From the NCBI GenBank assembly GCA_951406725.2, contig OX597838.1, positions 33,852,001 through 33,916,000 on the forward strand: 64,000 bases of DNA. Reading direction: 5' to 3'. Positions 63,854 through 64,000 of the stretch are shown in pieces. Within the stretch, counting starts at the first letter, position 1; each line of letters starts with the position of its first letter. A program made the translations under genes and the position numbers. The stretch is from Octopus vulgaris. Its lineage: Eukaryota. The notes beneath the pieces are model-generated. The model did not search any database, was not told the DNA's origin, and saw only the letters and a list, made by a program, of their open reading frames with translations.

Positions 63854-64000
63854 GTACTATATATAGGGTTGTTTTATATATGTTGTGTGTATTGGCAAGG
63901 CTTGGAGTTTGGCTTGTATGTTTGTCTGCATCTTTTCCAATCATATCCAAAGTCCCTATAATCATAAAGTTTGTTTCTGTACATTAATTACTATTATGAT

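Noticed and set aside
61772-64000. PPP1R2 first exon (KGILK-type motif)
   Set aside because: Not found by eye in this interval, so it is presumably beyond the window.

Overview
AT-rich eukaryotic DNA with dense microsatellites; the SINE repertoire and the (TA)n/(TAA)n/(CA)n load point to an octopus or other coleoid cephalopod (inferred, not looked up). The only securely supported host gene is protein phosphatase inhibitor-2 (PPP1R2-like). Three in-phase exons lie on the minus strand at 61771-61544, 59967-59882 and 56589-56462, and exon 1 appears to lie beyond the window. The rest is a mosaic of mobile-element relics: several tRNA-derived SINE families, CR1, RTE and Dong/R4-type LINE fragments, two solo LTRs with 5-bp TSDs, three non-autonomous Helitrons, pogo/mariner/piggyBac/hAT/Tc1 relics or MITEs, tandem repeats, and a U6 snRNA retrocopy fused to a SINE/LINE tail. 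The most interesting unexplained layer is a set of sequence-diverse, TA-flanked fold-back elements. Many carry minimal hammerhead ribozyme cores (CUGANGA-stem II-GAAA-palindrome-UH) of the Penelope-like-element type. One sits sense in a PPP1R2 intron, and in another the fold-back axis is the ribozyme helix III palindrome. Nearly all ORFs in the supplied track are microsatellite or repeat artefacts. Coordinates were read by eye and repeat ends are approximate.
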